Assembly (NCBI GenBank): GCA_038087875.1
Contig: CM075989.1
Coordinates: 25,236,001 to 25,300,000, forward strand
Length of the DNA stretch: 64,000 nucleotides
Reading direction: 5' to 3'
Source: Malacoraja senta
Lineage: Eukaryota
Position numbers and translations under genes: made by a program. The notes beneath the pieces are model-generated. The model saw nothing but the letters and a program-made list of their open reading frames with translations. It was not told the origin of the DNA and searched no databases. Positions 62,129 through 64,000 of the stretch are shown one piece after another. Positions within the stretch are counted from its first letter, which is position 1. The number at the start of each line of letters is the position of its first letter.

Positions 62129-63129
62129 TTACTTTGGCATTTAAGCATTAAAGGTTTTGTAAGAGTTTCAAAGCAAGTTTCTTGTCAATTTACTTCTACT
62201 TTCTTCCACTGTCAATGACCTAATATTATCTGCTTATTCGCCCAACTCTGGCTTACTACTTTTGCAACTTTGAGCTTTCTCCAATCGGATATCCCAAGTT
62301 TAGTTAACCATAGTAGATCCTTATTTCCACAGTCTTTATTCCATACTGGGATACACATATGTTAAGAACTTTAAAGTTTATATACACCAAAACTATTGTT
62401 TGTTGGTTTCTAAGATTCTCCTACAGGCTCAGTTTCCTGGAACTTCCTGAGCTGTTTTCAATCCAATATTCTTGAGACAGCACTTACCCACAGCGGCATT
62501 TCTAATTCTCAATGTTATTTACTTGTCTAGAGACTTTTCTACGAACCTGTCTACTGCGCTTCGTTATCTTGGCTTTAGGACTATAGTTGCCAATTTATAT
62601 TGCCTGGAGCAAAGATACCATCATTATTGCATTACCTTAGTTACAAACCCATTTCTATTACATGCATCAGTATTGCATTGCACAAAGAAACTGCATGCTC
62701 TGATATAGAAGGTAAACTGATTTAAATGTTCTCTTACGGGAAAAACGGGACCTACCTCTGCTCCTATTTTTACCTCCCAAAACATATACTATCAAATGCT
62801 GCCTTGATGTCAATGTCCTTGGCCAATTGTTGGATCATGTTTTAGGAAAGTCTTGGTATCCCATCCTCCACTTTAATGGTTTATGACTAAAGGCTACATG
62901 ACTGCACAGCTTGTTTCAATGTGTTGGTTGCAAGGACTGTTGGCTCCATCATATGCTACTCAGCACAAATGTAGCCCTGTGTTGCAGTTTCACCAGCTAG
63001 GACTTCCTTGTTTCTTCATAAGTACACCTTGTGCTAGTCTTGACTAAACCCTTCACCATGCCTCTGAATCACAGCTGTTCCCCAGTTTGACTGCAACAGG
63101 AAGGTGAGGGACACATCAGGCCATGTAGG

Positions 63130-63423
63130 TACATAGATACATAGAAATTAGGTGCAGGAGTAGGCCATTCGGCCCTTCGAGCCTGCACCGCCATTCAATA
63201 TGATCATGGCTGATCATCCAACTCAGTATCCCGTACCTGCCTTCTCTCCATACCCCCTGATCCCTTTAGCCACAAGGGCCACATCTAACTCCCTCTTAAA
63301 TATAGCCAATGAACTGGCCTCAACTACCCTCTGTGGCAGAGAGTTCCAGAGATTCACCACTCTCTGTGTGAAAGTTTTTCCTCATCTCGGTCTTAAAGGA
63401 TTTCCCCCTTATCCTTAAGCTGT
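63130..63423 (-). mobile_element. Young CR1 3' end, near-identical to 9600-9888
   Basis: The minus-strand ORF at 9527-9820 and the plus-strand ORF at 63200-63418 translate almost identically; same octamer-like tail. Confidence 0.88.
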
Positions 63424-64000
63424 GAGGTAGAGATAGCGATGTACATTTCTGCAGCAGATGGCCCACAATCTTCATGGATACCAACCTGAATTGCCAGATG
63501 TGTAGGGTCATTTCCATTTAACTCATTTGTAGTTCCACACAAATCAAAAGTGTTTCCAAAATGTTAATATGGCATGTTGTCTCAACAATAACTGTGCACT
63601 GATCACGTCTACCAATGATGTCACGAGCAAAATGGATCAGCCACAGGAGGAGATGGTCAATTGGGTTTTTACTTCATGCTCAATCATTACTTAGCGCAGG
63701 TCTAGTTTACATCTTCAACATTTAGTACTGGACCAGCTTGTCAGAGGTGGTGTTTATAGAAGCAGTATGGAGGACATTCACCGTGGAAGAACACAGGATC
63801 CATTCAACAGCAAGTGAACAGAGGTGGTGGCAAATCAGAATTTCACCTCTGGTACATCCTGCCAATGGGACGGAACACACAGGAAATGTGATGGAGTTCA
63901 GAATATTGTCCAAGGCATAATTCCCTGGGTACAACCATGTCAGCCTCAACATGTCGACACCATTGTGCCCCGAAGTCAACATTGACATACCTCTCCCAAT

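Noticed and set aside
52122..64000. Upstream CHSY1 exons
   Set aside because: No ORF with the expected N-terminal motifs (e.g. WFMRADDD) was seen; the region is intron with decayed LINEs

Overview
Eukaryotic (vertebrate) genomic DNA, most likely a cartilaginous fish such as a skate or ray. That is an inference from HE1/V-SINE-type SINEs, CR1/HER1-type LINEs and Penelope-derived palindromic repeats. The window holds 26 coding exons of LRRK1 on the + strand (128..42015: LRR, ROC GTPase, COR, kinase, WD40, stop). I spliced them by hand; all boundaries are GT-AG with consistent phases and no internal stops. Convergent with it is the large last coding exon of CHSY1 (- strand, 50484..52073), the same tail-to-tail LRRK1/CHSY1 arrangement as in human. 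Introns are dense with mobile DNA: a near-intact full-length CR1 LINE, L2, CR1 and Penelope fragments, SINEs, non-autonomous Harbinger-, hAT- and P/hAT-like TIR elements, and exon-flanking minisatellites. Best leads: (1) a U_UUA_AAC slippery heptamer at the CR1 ORF1 stop with ORF2 in the -1 frame and a G-tract 7 nt downstream (candidate programmed frameshift); (2) a 20-bp TIR-only palindrome with an 8-bp TSD (P-element-like excision footprint) inside a decayed copy of an LRRK1 exon; (3) hammerhead-ribozyme-like cores in the abundant Penelope-derived repeats; (4) two Harbinger-like MITEs inserted at the same trinucleotide of that repeat; (5) a 3.8-kb hAT-like element packed with retroelement cargo. 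No prokaryotic features or CRISPR. All family names are assigned from recalled motifs; no database searches were run.
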